64,000 nt of DNA. It comes from Verrucomicrobiota bacterium (GTDB taxonomy: Bacteria > Verrucomicrobiota > Verrucomicrobiia > Limisphaerales > UBA11358). Under the pieces are notes generated by a model, which worked only from the letters and a program-made list of their open reading frames with translations, did no database searches and was not told where the DNA came from. The position numbers and the translations under genes were made by a program. Where the stretch lies: contig JAGWNY010000008.1 of NCBI GenBank assembly GCA_028872915.1, positions 2,165 to 66,164 of the forward strand. Reading direction: 5' to 3'. Below are positions 22,827-33,588 of this stretch, piece after piece (positions within the stretch are counted from its first letter, which is position 1; each line of letters opens with the position of its first letter).

Positions 22827-23109
22827 ATTCCTTCAGAAATGCCCGCTTCGGCAGTTCCGGCGCGGGCAGTTCGAAAAAATGATGCCACATCGTCCATGAC
22901 TTGATGTCGAACAATCCCGGCTCGGCGTTCACCAGCGCGTCACGGAACGCCTCCCAGCCGAAGGCTTGCCTGAACGCGGCGACTTCCGGCCAGTCCCCCC
23001 GCGTCATCACTTGGCCCAGCAACCGGCGCGGCTGGCCGAGTGAAACCTCCGCCGGCTGCCACCAGATCAATTTCGCGGCCAGGCGTTTCAATTGTTCGTC
23101 ATTGGCCAT
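22816..23109 (-). CDS. Small uncharacterised protein, probable partner (antitoxin) of the AbiEii-like gene
   Basis: 97-aa ORF overlapping the downstream AbiEii-like gene by 11 nt on the same strand. I recognise no motif; the call rests on context. Confidence 0.45.
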   Translation of the reverse strand: MANDEQLKRLAAKLIWWQPAEVSLGQPRRLLGQVMTRGDWPEVAAFRQAFGWEAFRDALVNAEPGLFDIKSWTMWHHFFELPAPELPKRAFLKEFGL

Positions 23110-23118
23110 GGGCAGGCC

Positions 23119-25059
23119 TTACTTCTTCTCATCCACCACTTCGGCGTCAATCACGCCTTCGTCTTTTTTCTTTTCTTCGGCTTTGGCCTCCCCGCCCGGT
23201 TGTCCGCCGGCCGGGCCGCCCTGGCCCTTTTGGGCCTGGGCCTGGGCCGCGGCAGCCTTGTATAACTCGGCGCTCACGGCCTGCCAGGCTTCGTTCAGTT
23301 TTTCGGAAGCGGATTTGATGGCCGCCGCGTCGCCCCCCTTGAGGGCCTCCTTCACGTCCGCGACCGCCTTTTCTATCTTGCTCCGGTCGCCTTCGGCGAT
23401 TTTATCCTTGTTGTCCTTGAGCATCTTTTCGGAGCGATACACCGCGCTGTCCGCTTCGTTCCGAACCTCCACTTCTTCCCGTTGTTTTTTGTCCTCCTCG
23501 GCGTGCGCTTCCGCGTCTTTGCGCATTTTTTCGACTTCATCCTTCGAAAGCCCGCTGCTGGCGGTGATGGTGATCTTTTGTTCCTTGCCCGTGCCCAGGT
23601 CCTTGGCGCCCACGTGCAGGATGCCGTTGGCGTCAATGTCAAAGGTCACCTCGATCTGGGGCACGCCGCGCGGCGCGGGCGGGATGTCCGCCAGATGAAA
23701 CTTGCCAATGGTTTTATTGTCACGGGCAAACTGGCGTTCGCCCTGAAGCACGTGGATTTCGACGCCGGGCTGGTTGTCGCTGGCCGTCGAAAAAATTTCC
23801 GACTTGCGCGTGGGAATGGTCGTGTTGCGCTCGATGAGCCGGGTGAAAACGCCGCCGAGGGTCTCAATGCCCAGCGAAAGCGGGGTCACGTCCAGCAACA
23901 ACACGTCCTTGACCTCGCCCTTGAGCACGCCGGCCTGGATGGCCGCGCCCACCGCGACGACTTCGTCCGGGTTCACGCCCTGGTGCGGAGGCTTGTTGAC
24001 CAGCGAGCGGGCCGTGTCCACGACGCGCGGCATGCGCGTCATGCCGCCGACGAGCACGAGCTCGTCAATTTTGCCGGCCTCAATTCCGGCATCGGTCAGG
24101 CATGCTTTGACGGGCTTGATGGTGCGCTCGAACAATTCATCGGTCAGTTGCTCCATCTTCGCGCGCGTGAGGCTTTTTTGAATGTGTTTGGGGCCGCTGG
24201 CGTCCGCGGTGATAAACGGCAGATTGATTTCGTACTGTTGGGAGCTGGACAGCGAGATTTTGGCCTTTTCGGCTTCTTCCTTGATGCGCTGAAGGGCGTC
24301 GGGCTGCTTGCGCAGGTCCATGCCGGCGTCCTTTTTGAATTCTTCCAGAATCCAGTCCATGATGCGATTGTCCCAATCATCGCCGCCCAGGTGCGTATCG
24401 CCATTGGTGGCCTTGACCTCGAAAACCCCGTCGCCAATCTCAAGAACGGAAATATCGAACGTGCCGCCGCCCAGGTCATAGACGGCGATTTTTTCGTCTT
24501 TCCTTTTGTCCAAACCGTAGGCGAGCGAAGCCGCCGTCGGTTCATTGATGATGCGCAGGACTTCCAGGCCGGCGATTTTGCCCGCGTCCTTGGTGGCCTG
24601 GCGCTGGGAATCATTGAAATAAGCCGGCACGGTGATGACGGCTTGGGAAATCTTTTCGCCAAGCCGCATTTCGGCATCGGCTTTGAGCTTGGCCAGGATC
24701 ATGGCCGAAATTTCCGGGGGCGAGAATTGGCTTGCTTTGCCTTCCATCTCCACCTCAACCGCAGCGTCGCCGTTGGATGCCTTGACGACCCGGTAAGGCA
24801 CCCGTTTGATTTCCTCGGACACTTCATCAAATTTGCGGCCCATGAACCGCTTGATGGAATAAATGGTATTACGGGAATTGGTAACCGCCTGGCGCTTGGC
24901 CGCCTCGCCCACGAGCCGCTCGCCGCTCTTACTAAAGGCCACCACGCTCGGAGTCGTCCGTTTGCCCTCCGAATTTTCCAAAACCAACGGCTCGCCGCCT
25001 TCCATGACTGACATGCAGGAATTCGTCGTGCCCAAATCAATACCTAAAACTTTTGCCAT
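23119..25059 (-). CDS. dnaK: Molecular chaperone DnaK (Hsp70)
   Basis: [26 protein letters not shown] and [10 protein letters not shown]. The start was taken at the internal Met ([10 protein letters not shown]) of ORF 23119..25143. Confidence 0.98.
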   Translation of the reverse strand: MAKVLGIDLGTTNSCMSVMEGGEPLVLENSEGKRTTPSVVAFSKSGERLVGEAAKRQAVTNSRNTIYSIKRFMGRKFDEVSEEIKRVPYRVVKASNGDAAVEVEMEGKASQFSPPEISAMILAKLKADAEMRLGEKISQAVITVPAYFNDSQRQATKDAGKIAGLEVLRIINEPTAASLAYGLDKRKDEKIAVYDLGGGTFDISVLEIGDGVFEVKATNGDTHLGGDDWDNRIMDWILEEFKKDAGMDLRKQPDALQRIKEEAEKAKISLSSSQQYEINLPFITADASGPKHIQKSLTRAKMEQLTDELFERTIKPVKACLTDAGIEAGKIDELVLVGGMTRMPRVVDTARSLVNKPPHQGVNPDEVVAVGAAIQAGVLKGEVKDVLLLDVTPLSLGIETLGGVFTRLIERNTTIPTRKSEIFSTASDNQPGVEIHVLQGERQFARDNKTIGKFHLADIPPAPRGVPQIEVTFDIDANGILHVGAKDLGTGKEQKITITASSGLSKDEVEKMRKDAEAHAEEDKKQREEVEVRNEADSAVYRSEKMLKDNKDKIAEGDRSKIEKAVADVKEALKGGDAAAIKSASEKLNEAWQAVSAELYKAAAAQAQAQKGQGGPAGGQPGGEAKAEEKKKDEGVIDAEVVDEKK

Positions 25060-25384
25060 AAATTCAATAAAGTCATTTTTCAATGGCTTGTCTCTGGCCG
25101 ACGACAAGCCGGATTCAGTCCATGCAATAATGATGCCGGACAAAAAAGTATTTCAAACAAGGCGAAAACAAAGGGAAACAGCGCGATTTTAGGAATTTTT
25201 GGAAAATTGCAAATTGCGCCAGGAGAGCCGGAATGGCACAGCATTGGATACATATTGGCACATAATGAAAAACCCGAATGACGGGGAGAAAAGGCATTTT
25301 ATCCGCAAATCTCGCCAGCCCGGCCATGCAGTTGGGAGGGATGGAGAGGCAGAAACCGGGATTTTTGACAGGATGTCAAAAATG

Positions 25385-26401
25385 TCAAAAAAATTTCTGC
25401 TGGCTGCCGGGGGAGGCCTTCAGGCCGAGTTTCTTGTAGCTTAATTCGGTGGCGACGCGGCCCTGGGGAGTGCGATTGAGGAAGCCTTCCATGATCAAAT
25501 AAGGCTCATAGACTTCCTCAATGGTATCCGGCTCTTCGCCAACGGCCACGGCCAGCGAATTGACGCCCACGGGGCCGCCGCCGAACTTGACGATGATGGT
25601 TTCCAAAATCCGCTTGTCCATTTCGTCGAGGCCGTTTTGGTCAATTTCCAGCATGGCCAGGGCGCGGTCGGCCACTTCGGCGGTAATGCGTCCGTCGTGG
25701 CGGACTTGGGCGTAATCGCGGACGCGGCGCAACAGGTTGTTGGCGATGCGCGGCGTGCCGCGGCTGCGACGGGCGATTTCATGCGCGCCGGACGGCTCAA
25801 TATCCACGGCCAACAAGTTCGCGGAGCGCCGGACGATTTTTTCCAGGTCCTGCGCGGCGTAATAATCCAGGCGTTCGCGCATGGCGAAGCGCGTCAGGAG
25901 CGGCGCGCTCAACAGGCCGCTGCGCGTCGTGGCGCCAATGAGCGTGAAGCGCGGCAGATTGAGCCGGACGCTGCGGGCGTTCGGCCCCTGGTCAATGATG
26001 ATGTCCAGCTTGAAATCCTCCATCGCCGGATACAGATATTCCTCGATGGTTTTTTGGAGGCGATGGATTTCATCAATGAACAGCACGTCGCCTTCTTCGA
26101 GATTGGTCAGCAGGCCGGCGAGGTCGCCGGCTTTTTCAATGGTCGGGCCGCTGGTGCATTTGAGGTTTGCGCCCATTGATTTTGCGAGGATATGGGCCAG
26201 TGTCGTTTTGCCGAGGCCCGGAGGCCCATTGAGCAGGATATGGTCCAGCGATTCCTTTCTCTTTTTGGCGGCGGCGACGGCAATTTCGAGCCGTTCCTTG
26301 ACCTTGGGCTGGCCGGTGAAATCGGAAAAGAGGGACGGCCGCAGCGTTATTTCCAACGCCGCGTCAGGTTTGGCAATGGCAGCCAGGGCGCGTTCGGACA
26401 T
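25385..26401 (-). CDS. ruvB: Holliday junction branch migration helicase RuvB
   Basis: [39 protein letters not shown] and GATTRSGLL. The start at MSERAL (26401) trims an implausible 112-aa leader from the ORF. Confidence 0.97.
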   Translation of the reverse strand: MSERALAAIAKPDAALEITLRPSLFSDFTGQPKVKERLEIAVAAAKKRKESLDHILLNGPPGLGKTTLAHILAKSMGANLKCTSGPTIEKAGDLAGLLTNLEEGDVLFIDEIHRLQKTIEEYLYPAMEDFKLDIIIDQGPNARSVRLNLPRFTLIGATTRSGLLSAPLLTRFAMRERLDYYAAQDLEKIVRRSANLLAVDIEPSGAHEIARRSRGTPRIANNLLRRVRDYAQVRHDGRITAEVADRALAMLEIDQNGLDEMDKRILETIIVKFGGGPVGVNSLAVAVGEEPDTIEEVYEPYLIMEGFLNRTPQGRVATELSYKKLGLKASPGSQQKFF

Positions 26402-26648
26402 TTCCTGGTTGAGAATGAAACACTCCCCGCGCAGCGGCAAGGGGATTTGCGGGAACCCCGTCCGCGTTTCCGCGCCTTCGTCGCGACGACCCGGTTGGCG
26501 ATGCGCGTGATTGTGGAAACAATCACGCCGGAGCAAGGTCGGCTGCCGTATCCGCCCGAACCACTTGCGCCCCGGTGCAATTTTTTCAATAAAAAATGCT
26601 GGAAAATCACAGTCATCTGGTGCAGAATTGCTGTCTTTGCGGGATTTT

Positions 26649-29141
26649 ATGGGATTGAAGAGAAAGATTGTGGGAGGCGCAAGTCTCTTGTTTGCAATGA
26701 CATCCGCCAGCACTGCGTTTGCGGGCGACGAGGACATTGCGTTGCCGGATTTGAATCGCGTTTCCTACGCCAATGGCGCGCTGGGCGGACACGCTGTTTT
26801 ATTTTTTGGACTGGCGGTGTGCGTGATTGGCGCGCTGTTCGGCCTGTTCGAGTATCGCCAAATGCGGGCGCTGCCGGTGCATCGGCTGATGGGGGACGTT
26901 TCGAATATCATCTGGGAAACGTGCAAGACGTATTTGCAGCAGCAGGGAAAATTTCTGCTGGCGCTGTGGATTCTGATTGCGCTGTGCATTGTTTATTATT
27001 TTTCGTTTTTGCGCCACGAATCCGGGGCGGCGGTTTTGATGGTGCTGGGCTGTTCCATTCTCGGAATCCTGGGAAGCTACGGCGTGGCCTGGTTCGGAAT
27101 CCGCATCAATACCACCGCCAACTCGCGCACCGCCTTCGCGGCGCTGGCAAACAATTCCCTCAAAACGCTTTTCATTCCGCTCAAGGCGGGCATCAGCATC
27201 GGCTTGTTGCTGGTGTGCGTCGAATTGTTTTGCATGATTTGCATCCTGGCATTCATTCCGAGCGAGTTGGCCGGACCCTGCTTTATTGGGTTTGCGATTG
27301 GCGAATCGCTCGGCGCTGCGGCGCTGCGGGTGGGCGGCGGCATTTTTACCAAGATCGCGGACATTGGCAGCGACCTGATGAAAATTGTCTTCAACCTGCC
27401 CGAAGATGATCCGAAAAATCCGGGCGTGATTGCCGACTGCACCGGGGACAACGCCGGTGATTCGGTGGGGCCCACTGCCGACGGTTTCGAGACGTATGGC
27501 GTGACCAGCGTGGCGCTGATTGCCTTTCTGGCCCTGTCGCTTTCGGCGTCGCCCGTTCCGTGCGGCAAATTGATCATCTGGCTGTTTGCCATTCAGAGCT
27601 GCATGCTGATCGCGTCGCTGGCGGCATTTTACCTGAACATGGCCGCCAGCCGCGCGCGATATGGGGGACGGAAGGATTTTGACTGGGAATCGCCCTTGTC
27701 GAGCCTGGTCTGGACGAACTGCATTTTGGCCATTGGCACGGCCTTCGTGGTGAGCTGGTTGTTGCTGGGCGACTTCACGCAAGCCGATCAAACGCCCCTC
27801 CCGAACCTCTGGTGGACGCTGCCGGCCATCATTTCCTGCGGGGCCGTGTCCGCCGCCCTCATCATGGTCTTCACGAAAATTTTCGTCAGCACCCATTCGC
27901 GCCACGTCCAGGAAATCACGCGCTCATCGGAGCAGGGCGGGGCGTCCCTGAACATATTGTCGGGGTTCGTGGCCGGAAATTTTTCGGCCTTTTGGATGGG
28001 CCTGGTGATTCTCTCGCTCATGCTGATTGCGTATCTGATTTCGCGGCTGGGCAATCTGCCGGCGCTGATGCCGCCGGAATTTGCCTTTGCGGCGCCGATT
28101 TTTGCCTTTGGCCTGGTCGCGTTTGGCTTCCTCGCCATGGCGCCGGTGATTATTGCCGTGGACAGCTTCGGCCCCGTGACGGACAACGCCCAATCGGTAT
28201 TTGAGTTGAGCCGCATCGAGGCGGCGCCGGGCATTGAGGCGGAGATCGAGAAGGATTTTGGATTCAAACCGGCTTTTGACCACGCCAAGCTGGAACTGGA
28301 AAAAGGGGACGGCACCGGCAACACGTTCAAGGCCACGGCCAAGCCCGTGCTGATCGGCACGGCGGTCGTGGGCGCCACGACCATGATTTTCGGCATCATC
28401 ATGCTTCTTGAAAAGACATTTGGGAACGCGCAGAGCAGCCTGAGCCTGATCGAGCCGCAGATTGTTTTCGGCCTGCTGATGGGCGGGGCGGTGATTTATT
28501 GGTTTACCGGCGCGAGCACCCAGGCGGTCGTCACCGGCGCGTATCGCGCCGTGGTTTTCATCAAGAAAAATCTGGACCTGGAAAAGGAAGCCGCCTCGAT
28601 AGCCGATAGCAAGAAGGTCGTGGAAATCTGCACGATTTACGCCCAACGCGGCCTGGTAAATATCTTCATCGTCGTATTCGCGCTGGCGCTTGGGCTGCCG
28701 TTTTTCAACCAATACTTTTTCATCGGCTATTTGATTGGCATCGCCTTTTTTGGATTGTTTCAGGCCATCTTCATGGCGAACGCGGGCGGGGCATGGGACA
28801 ACGCCAAGAAAATTGTCGAAGTGGACCTGCGCCAGAAGGGAACGGAATTGCATGCCGCCACCGTCGTCGGCGACACGGTGGGCGATCCGTTCAAGGACAC
28901 CTCATCGGTGGCCATGAATCCCATCATCAAGTTCACCACGCTTTTCGGCCTGCTCGCGGTGGAAATTGCCGTGGGGATGAAAAAGGCCAACCCCACCTCG
29001 CATGTCTCCTATTTCATCGGAACGGCCTGTTTTGTTGTGGCGCTGATTTTCGTCTATCGCTCCTTCTACGCGATGCGGATTCCCAACGAGAAATCGGCCA
29101 CGGAACAAGCCGGTAAAGAAACCGCGAATCACGGCAAATAA
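26649..29141 (+). CDS. hppA: Membrane-bound proton/sodium-translocating pyrophosphatase
   Basis: About 16 TM helices. Motifs: [42 protein letters not shown] and [12 protein letters not shown]. Confidence 0.93.
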   Translation: MGLKRKIVGGASLLFAMTSASTAFAGDEDIALPDLNRVSYANGALGGHAVLFFGLAVCVIGALFGLFEYRQMRALPVHRLMGDVSNIIWETCKTYLQQQGKFLLALWILIALCIVYYFSFLRHESGAAVLMVLGCSILGILGSYGVAWFGIRINTTANSRTAFAALANNSLKTLFIPLKAGISIGLLLVCVELFCMICILAFIPSELAGPCFIGFAIGESLGAAALRVGGGIFTKIADIGSDLMKIVFNLPEDDPKNPGVIADCTGDNAGDSVGPTADGFETYGVTSVALIAFLALSLSASPVPCGKLIIWLFAIQSCMLIASLAAFYLNMAASRARYGGRKDFDWESPLSSLVWTNCILAIGTAFVVSWLLLGDFTQADQTPLPNLWWTLPAIISCGAVSAALIMVFTKIFVSTHSRHVQEITRSSEQGGASLNILSGFVAGNFSAFWMGLVILSLMLIAYLISRLGNLPALMPPEFAFAAPIFAFGLVAFGFLAMAPVIIAVDSFGPVTDNAQSVFELSRIEAAPGIEAEIEKDFGFKPAFDHAKLELEKGDGTGNTFKATAKPVLIGTAVVGATTMIFGIIMLLEKTFGNAQSSLSLIEPQIVFGLLMGGAVIYWFTGASTQAVVTGAYRAVVFIKKNLDLEKEAASIADSKKVVEICTIYAQRGLVNIFIVVFALALGLPFFNQYFFIGYLIGIAFFGLFQAIFMANAGGAWDNAKKIVEVDLRQKGTELHAATVVGDTVGDPFKDTSSVAMNPIIKFTTLFGLLAVEIAVGMKKANPTSHVSYFIGTACFVVALIFVYRSFYAMRIPNEKSATEQAGKETANHGK

Positions 29142-29153
29142 CCGCGGAGAGCG

Positions 29154-30371
29154 TCAAATCATGTCGGCGGCGAGGATGCGGACCATTTCCTCCAGGCTTG
29201 TTCGTCCGGTCACCACCCTCTTGACGCCGCTTTGCCACAGCGTCTTCATCCCTTGTCCAATGGCGACTTCTTCGAGCGCCCTCGTCGGCACTTTTTTCAA
29301 CACGGCCTCGCGAAACGGTTCGTCCACCACGAGCACTTCAGTCACGGGAATGCGGCCGGCAAAACCGGTCCCGCCGCACTGCTCGCAGCCCGCCCCCTTG
29401 CGGAATTGCGCTCCGGCGAGCATCTCTTCGGGCACAACTTTGAGCAGACTCGGCTCCGGTTCGTAAGGCTGGGAACAATTCGGACAATTCGCCCGCAGCA
29501 GCCGCAGTCCAAAAACCCCCAGAATGGACGAGGCCAGCATAAACGGTTCGATTTGCATGTTGATGAGCCGGGTGAAGGCGCCGGCGGAAACGCCGGAGTG
29601 AATGGTGCTGATGACCAGATGGCCCGTCAGCCCGGCTTGCACGGCTATCGCCGCCGTTTCCGGGTCCCGGATTTCTCCGACCATGATCACTTCCGGGTCC
29701 TGGCGCATGAGGCTGCGCAGGGCGGCGGCGTAGGTGAATTCCTGGGCCGGATTGATCTGCGTCTGGCTGACCATCGGCAAATTGAATTCCACGGGGTCCT
29801 CCACCGTGCTGATGCTGATGCTCGTGCCGTCGCGCTGCATGATGTAGCAAAGGGACGAATACATCGTGCTGGTCTTGCCCGATCCCGTGGGGCCGGTGAA
29901 CAGCAGCAGGCCGCTGGAGCGCTTCAAGAGTTTTGTGAGGCCATGCAACGTATCATCGTCGAAACCCAGGCTGTCCAACTCGAAACGCCGGTCCCGCGGA
30001 TCAAACAGCCGCACCACGACTTTTTCACCGCGGGTCGTGGGAAAAATTGAAACGCGCAATTGGACGCCGTCCAGTTCAGGGCCGCAAATGGCGGCGCCAT
30101 CCTGGGGCGTGCCGGCCTGATACGTGACAAGATTGGACATCACCTTGAATCGCGTGGAGATTTTATCGAGCAGGTCCAATGGCAGATGGGCGATTTCGCC
30201 GAGCACGCCATTGACGCGGGCGCGGACGCAAATGGACTTTTCCCACGGCTCCACGTGCACATCGCTGGCCGCCAGATGAATGGCGTCCTGGATCATGCAG
30301 TTGACAAGCACGGGAATTTCAAGGGACTGTTGGGCGGCTTCGGAGTGGAAATATTGCTCGGTATATCCCAT
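29154..30371 (-). CDS. GspE/PilB-family secretion ATPase (short form, no N1 domain)
   Basis: GPTGSGKTST (Walker A), DPEVIMVGEIRD (Walker B/Asp box), His box GHLVISTIHS, and tetracysteine CPNC...CEQCGGTG. Confidence 0.88.
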   Translation of the reverse strand: MGYTEQYFHSEAAQQSLEIPVLVNCMIQDAIHLAASDVHVEPWEKSICVRARVNGVLGEIAHLPLDLLDKISTRFKVMSNLVTYQAGTPQDGAAICGPELDGVQLRVSIFPTTRGEKVVVRLFDPRDRRFELDSLGFDDDTLHGLTKLLKRSSGLLLFTGPTGSGKTSTMYSSLCYIMQRDGTSISISTVEDPVEFNLPMVSQTQINPAQEFTYAAALRSLMRQDPEVIMVGEIRDPETAAIAVQAGLTGHLVISTIHSGVSAGAFTRLINMQIEPFMLASSILGVFGLRLLRANCPNCSQPYEPEPSLLKVVPEEMLAGAQFRKGAGCEQCGGTGFAGRIPVTEVLVVDEPFREAVLKKVPTRALEEVAIGQGMKTLWQSGVKRVVTGRTSLEEMVRILAADMI

Positions 30372-30598
30372 GACAGGAGGGATTAGACAGCAACATGCCT
30401 GGGATGGCAAGGATGGGCTTGGATTTTCAGGGATGCCACCCCTGCCGGAAGAGACTATTTTGACGGATTGGGGCTTGTGTCAATCGCCCCTCAATCTTCA
30501 TTCCGTTTTGCAAGGTTCATACCGGACGGCAACTTCCCCGGGGCGGAAAGCGGTAAAATCCGGCGCGCGCACAAGCCTGAATTTCGTGGACGTTGGCA

Positions 30599-30626
30599 TT
30601 GACAATATGCCGGGAAAACCTATCCT
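30599..30626 (+). promoter_or_regulatory. Candidate sigma70-type promoter for rpsU
   Basis: TTGACA (30599-30604), a 16-nt spacer, then TATCCT (30621-30626), ~55 nt upstream of the rpsU ATG. Confidence 0.35.
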
Positions 30627-30680
30627 TTTGGTTCCGTTGAATTGCGGGTTTTTGCCCGCGCGAGAAAGGACGTGAGTTGC

Positions 30681-30878
30681 ATGACCGAAATTAGATTAAA
30701 AAAAGGCGAACCAGTTGACCGCGCGCTGCGGCGGCTGAAAAAGAAAGTGGACCGCGAAGGCACGCTCAAGGTCGTGCGCAATCACCGGCACTTTGAGAAG
30801 CCCAGCGAACGCCGCCGGCGCAAGGAAAAAGCCGCGCGCTTTTCCGCCATGCTGTCGGCCCGCTACGCGGACCTCTAA
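30681..30878 (+). CDS. rpsU: 30S ribosomal protein S21
   Basis: MTEIRLKKGEPVDRALRRLKKKVDREGTLKVVRNHRHFEKPSERRRRK. Confidence 0.95.
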   Translation: MTEIRLKKGEPVDRALRRLKKKVDREGTLKVVRNHRHFEKPSERRRRKEKAARFSAMLSARYADL

Positions 30879-30947
30879 CCGTCTTTTCCCCGGTTCGAAC
30901 TCCGGGCCATTGAAACGCCGTCTTTAAAGGGGCGGCCCGACTGCGGA

Positions 30948-31862
30948 ATGTATTCGCTTTCCACCTGCTGGAATTCCCACCGTCACGCCGACGGACGTTC
31001 CATGCTGCGCGAAATCCGCGACCTGGGCTTCCGCCATGCGGAATTGAGCCACGGCATTCGCGCAGGCCTTGTGCCCGGCATCCTCGAAGCCGTTGACGCC
31101 GGAGAAATCAAAATCTCCAGCCTTCACAACTTCTGCCCGCTGCCGTTGGGCGTCAATCATGCCGCGCCCAATCTCTATGAGTTTTCCGATGAGCGTCCGC
31201 GGGAACGCGAATTGGCCGTCAAACATACGCTTAAAACGTTTGATTTCGCGGTGCGCGTCGGCGCGCCGCTGGTGGTCCTGCACCTGGGCCGCATTGAAAT
31301 GAAGGATTACACCGGCAAACTGGGCGCCATGCTCGAACGGGAAGGCACGCGGACGCCCAAATATGAGAAACTGCGCGCGGCGGCGGTCAAAGCCCGCGAC
31401 ACAAAAAAGGCAAAGCCGTTTGAGCGCACCCTCCGGGCCCTCCGCCAACTGCTGCCCGAAGCGGAAAAACGCGGCTTGAAGCTCGGCTGCGAAAATCGCC
31501 AGGCCATTGAAGAGCTTCCCGCGGAGGACGATTTTCGATTTTTATTCCAGGAATTGTCCAGCGCCGGTCTCTGCTACTGGCATGACACCGGCCACGGCCA
31601 AATAAAGGAAAACCTGGGCATTCTTCACGTGGCCACTCATTTGAAGTCGTTGCGGGATCGGCTGGCCGGATTTCATGTCCACGACGTGGAATTTCCCATT
31701 CGCGACCATGCCGCGCCTGGAACGGGCGGAATTGATTTTGCCGCTCTCAAGCCGTTCATCCAACCTTCGCACGCAAAGGTTTTTGAACTCAGTCCTTCCC
31801 TGAAAACGGACGCCGTCCACGCCGCCGTGGCGCATGTCAAGGCGACCTGGGGCAGCGAATAG
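30948..31862 (+). CDS. Sugar phosphate isomerase/epimerase (xylose isomerase-like TIM barrel)
   Basis: Length and pattern (LVVLHLG..., LGCENR..., WHDTGHGQ..., FHVHD) fit the AP endonuclease 2 / TIM-barrel family. Confidence 0.7.
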   Translation: MYSLSTCWNSHRHADGRSMLREIRDLGFRHAELSHGIRAGLVPGILEAVDAGEIKISSLHNFCPLPLGVNHAAPNLYEFSDERPRERELAVKHTLKTFDFAVRVGAPLVVLHLGRIEMKDYTGKLGAMLEREGTRTPKYEKLRAAAVKARDTKKAKPFERTLRALRQLLPEAEKRGLKLGCENRQAIEELPAEDDFRFLFQELSSAGLCYWHDTGHGQIKENLGILHVATHLKSLRDRLAGFHVHDVEFPIRDHAAPGTGGIDFAALKPFIQPSHAKVFELSPSLKTDAVHAAVAHVKATWGSE

Positions 31863-32200
31863 ACAACAGCGGATAAGCGCCCGCGGACGCCAATAAAAGT
31901 GAACGAGTTGGATTTCATTCAGGACCGGGTTCCGCCGCCGCCACAAACTTTTCCACGAACGGTCCCGATGAATCCAAACTGCAATTGTCGGCCAACACGC
32001 CATCGCAGGTGTTGCTGTTTGATCTGAAATGATGGAAAGGCATCAAGTTCGCCACCGGGACGCGGAGACGCCGGGAACGGGAATTTTCACGGGATGAGCA
32101 GGATGGGGTGAGTCGTCGGAATTGGTGAGTTGCCGTGCCGGGACGGCGCGCTCAACCAATTCTGCTTTGCCTGCCCGCCGGTTTGCCCGAAAATCCCGCC

Positions 32201-33532
32201 GTGAGCCCTTCGCCGCGCAAAACGGCCATTGAAATCATCCGACGCCTGCAAAAGGCGGGTTTCACGGCTTTTTGGGTGGGGGGTTGCGTGCGCGACTTCC
32301 TCCTGGGACGCCAACCGCAGGATTTCGACATTGCCACCGAAGCGCGGCCGGAGCAAATCGAAGGTTTGTTCGCCCAAACCATCGCGGTGGGCAGGAAATT
32401 TGGCGTGATGGTCGTGGTGGAAGGCGGTCACAATTTTCAAGTGGCCACGTTTCGCGCCGAGGCGGAATACGCCGATGGCCGGCGACCGGGCCGGGTGACG
32501 TTTGCCGACGCGCGGGCCGATGCCTTGCGCCGCGATTTCACCATCAACGGCCTTTTTTACGATCCGTTGTCCAAAAGAACCTACGATTGGGTGGGCGGCG
32601 CCGTGGATTTGAAGGCCGGCATCATCCGGACCATCGGCGTGCCGGAAGAACGGTTCGCGGAAGATCATTTGCGCCTGCTGCGGGCCGTCCGGTTCGCGGC
32701 ACAGTTGAATTTTCAAATCGAGCCGCATGTCTCCGCCGCCATTCAATCGCTCGCGCCGCGCATCCAGGCGATCAGCGCCGAACGGGTGCGGGATGAATTG
32801 TTGAAATTGTTCGCGCCGCCGCACGCGGCGCGCGGCCTGGCGCTGTTGCGCAATAGCGGCCTGCTCGAATACATTCTCCCGGAACTGGCGGCGACCATTT
32901 CCTGCGAGCAATCGCCGGATTATCACCCGGAGGGCGTCGTCTTTGAGCATATCCGCCTGATGCTTGAAAAATTGCCCAAAAGTTGCCCCGAATCCCTCCC
33001 TTGGGCCGTTTTGCTGCACGACATCGCCAAACCGGTCACGGCCACGCGCGACGCCCAAACCGGCGCGATCCACTTTTACGGCCACGAGAAAGTCGGCGCG
33101 GTCATGGCGGGTGAAATTCTGCGGCGATTGCGGTTTCCGCGGCGGCAGATGGATGAGATTGTAGTCTGTGTCAAAAACCACATGCAGTTCAAGGACGCCA
33201 GGGAAATGCGCAAGGCGACGTTGAGGCGGCTGTTGCTGCGCGAAACATTTCCCACTGAATTAGAGTTGCACCGGCTGGATTGCCTGGCATCGCACGGGTC
33301 GTTGGAAATTTACGATTTTCTCGTTGAACAGGCGGAGGAGCTCAAGAAAAAGCCCGCCATCCGGCCGCCGCTGTTGACTGGTCGCGATCTGATTGCCTTG
33401 GGCATGACGCCCGGGCCGGCCCTGGGGGCGTTGCTGAACGACGTCCGTGAAAAACAATTGGCTGAGGAATTGAAGACGCGGCGGGAAGCCAGGGCATGGG
33501 CGAAAAGAAAGCTTGGCGGGGAGACAGGCTAA
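32201..33532 (+). CDS. cca: CCA tRNA nucleotidyltransferase / poly(A) polymerase-family protein with HD domain
   Basis: GFTAFWVGGCVRDFLLG..PQDFDIAT, RAEAEYADGRRP, RRDFTINGLFYD and an HD region LLHDIAKP. The GTG start at 32201 is uncertain. Confidence 0.8.
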   Translation: MSPSPRKTAIEIIRRLQKAGFTAFWVGGCVRDFLLGRQPQDFDIATEARPEQIEGLFAQTIAVGRKFGVMVVVEGGHNFQVATFRAEAEYADGRRPGRVTFADARADALRRDFTINGLFYDPLSKRTYDWVGGAVDLKAGIIRTIGVPEERFAEDHLRLLRAVRFAAQLNFQIEPHVSAAIQSLAPRIQAISAERVRDELLKLFAPPHAARGLALLRNSGLLEYILPELAATISCEQSPDYHPEGVVFEHIRLMLEKLPKSCPESLPWAVLLHDIAKPVTATRDAQTGAIHFYGHEKVGAVMAGEILRRLRFPRRQMDEIVVCVKNHMQFKDAREMRKATLRRLLLRETFPTELELHRLDCLASHGSLEIYDFLVEQAEELKKKPAIRPPLLTGRDLIALGMTPGPALGALLNDVREKQLAEELKTRREARAWAKRKLGGETG

Positions 33533-33588
33533 TCCAAAACGGGAAAGACGCTGGCGAAGCGCGGCCGGTTTTGCTATTCTCGGGGGCA

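Noticed and set aside
22062-25384. Search for CIRCE (TTAGCACTC-N9-GAGTGCTAA) or HAIR operators upstream of groES and dnaK
   Set aside because: Neither was found. The only TTAGTGCC string (around 22055-22062) is the groES start region itself (ATGGCACTAAAC on the coding strand).
25385-26737. Long N-terminal extensions in the ORF track for ruvB (450 aa), dnaK (674 aa), hppA (876 aa), glgE (749 aa), zwf, the lpxL-like gene, the PEP-CTERM gene and others
   Set aside because: The family-conserved N-termini begin at internal Met or Val codons. The upstream parts are non-protein-like and, for ruvB and hppA, overlap each other divergently. I trimmed the starts accordingly.
30888-30906. tRNA-like T-arm string CCCGGTTCGAACTCCGGG just after rpsU
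   Set aside because: The loop is 8 nt, and no acceptor, D or anticodon arms can be built because the upstream sequence is rpsU coding. It is probably just a small hairpin.
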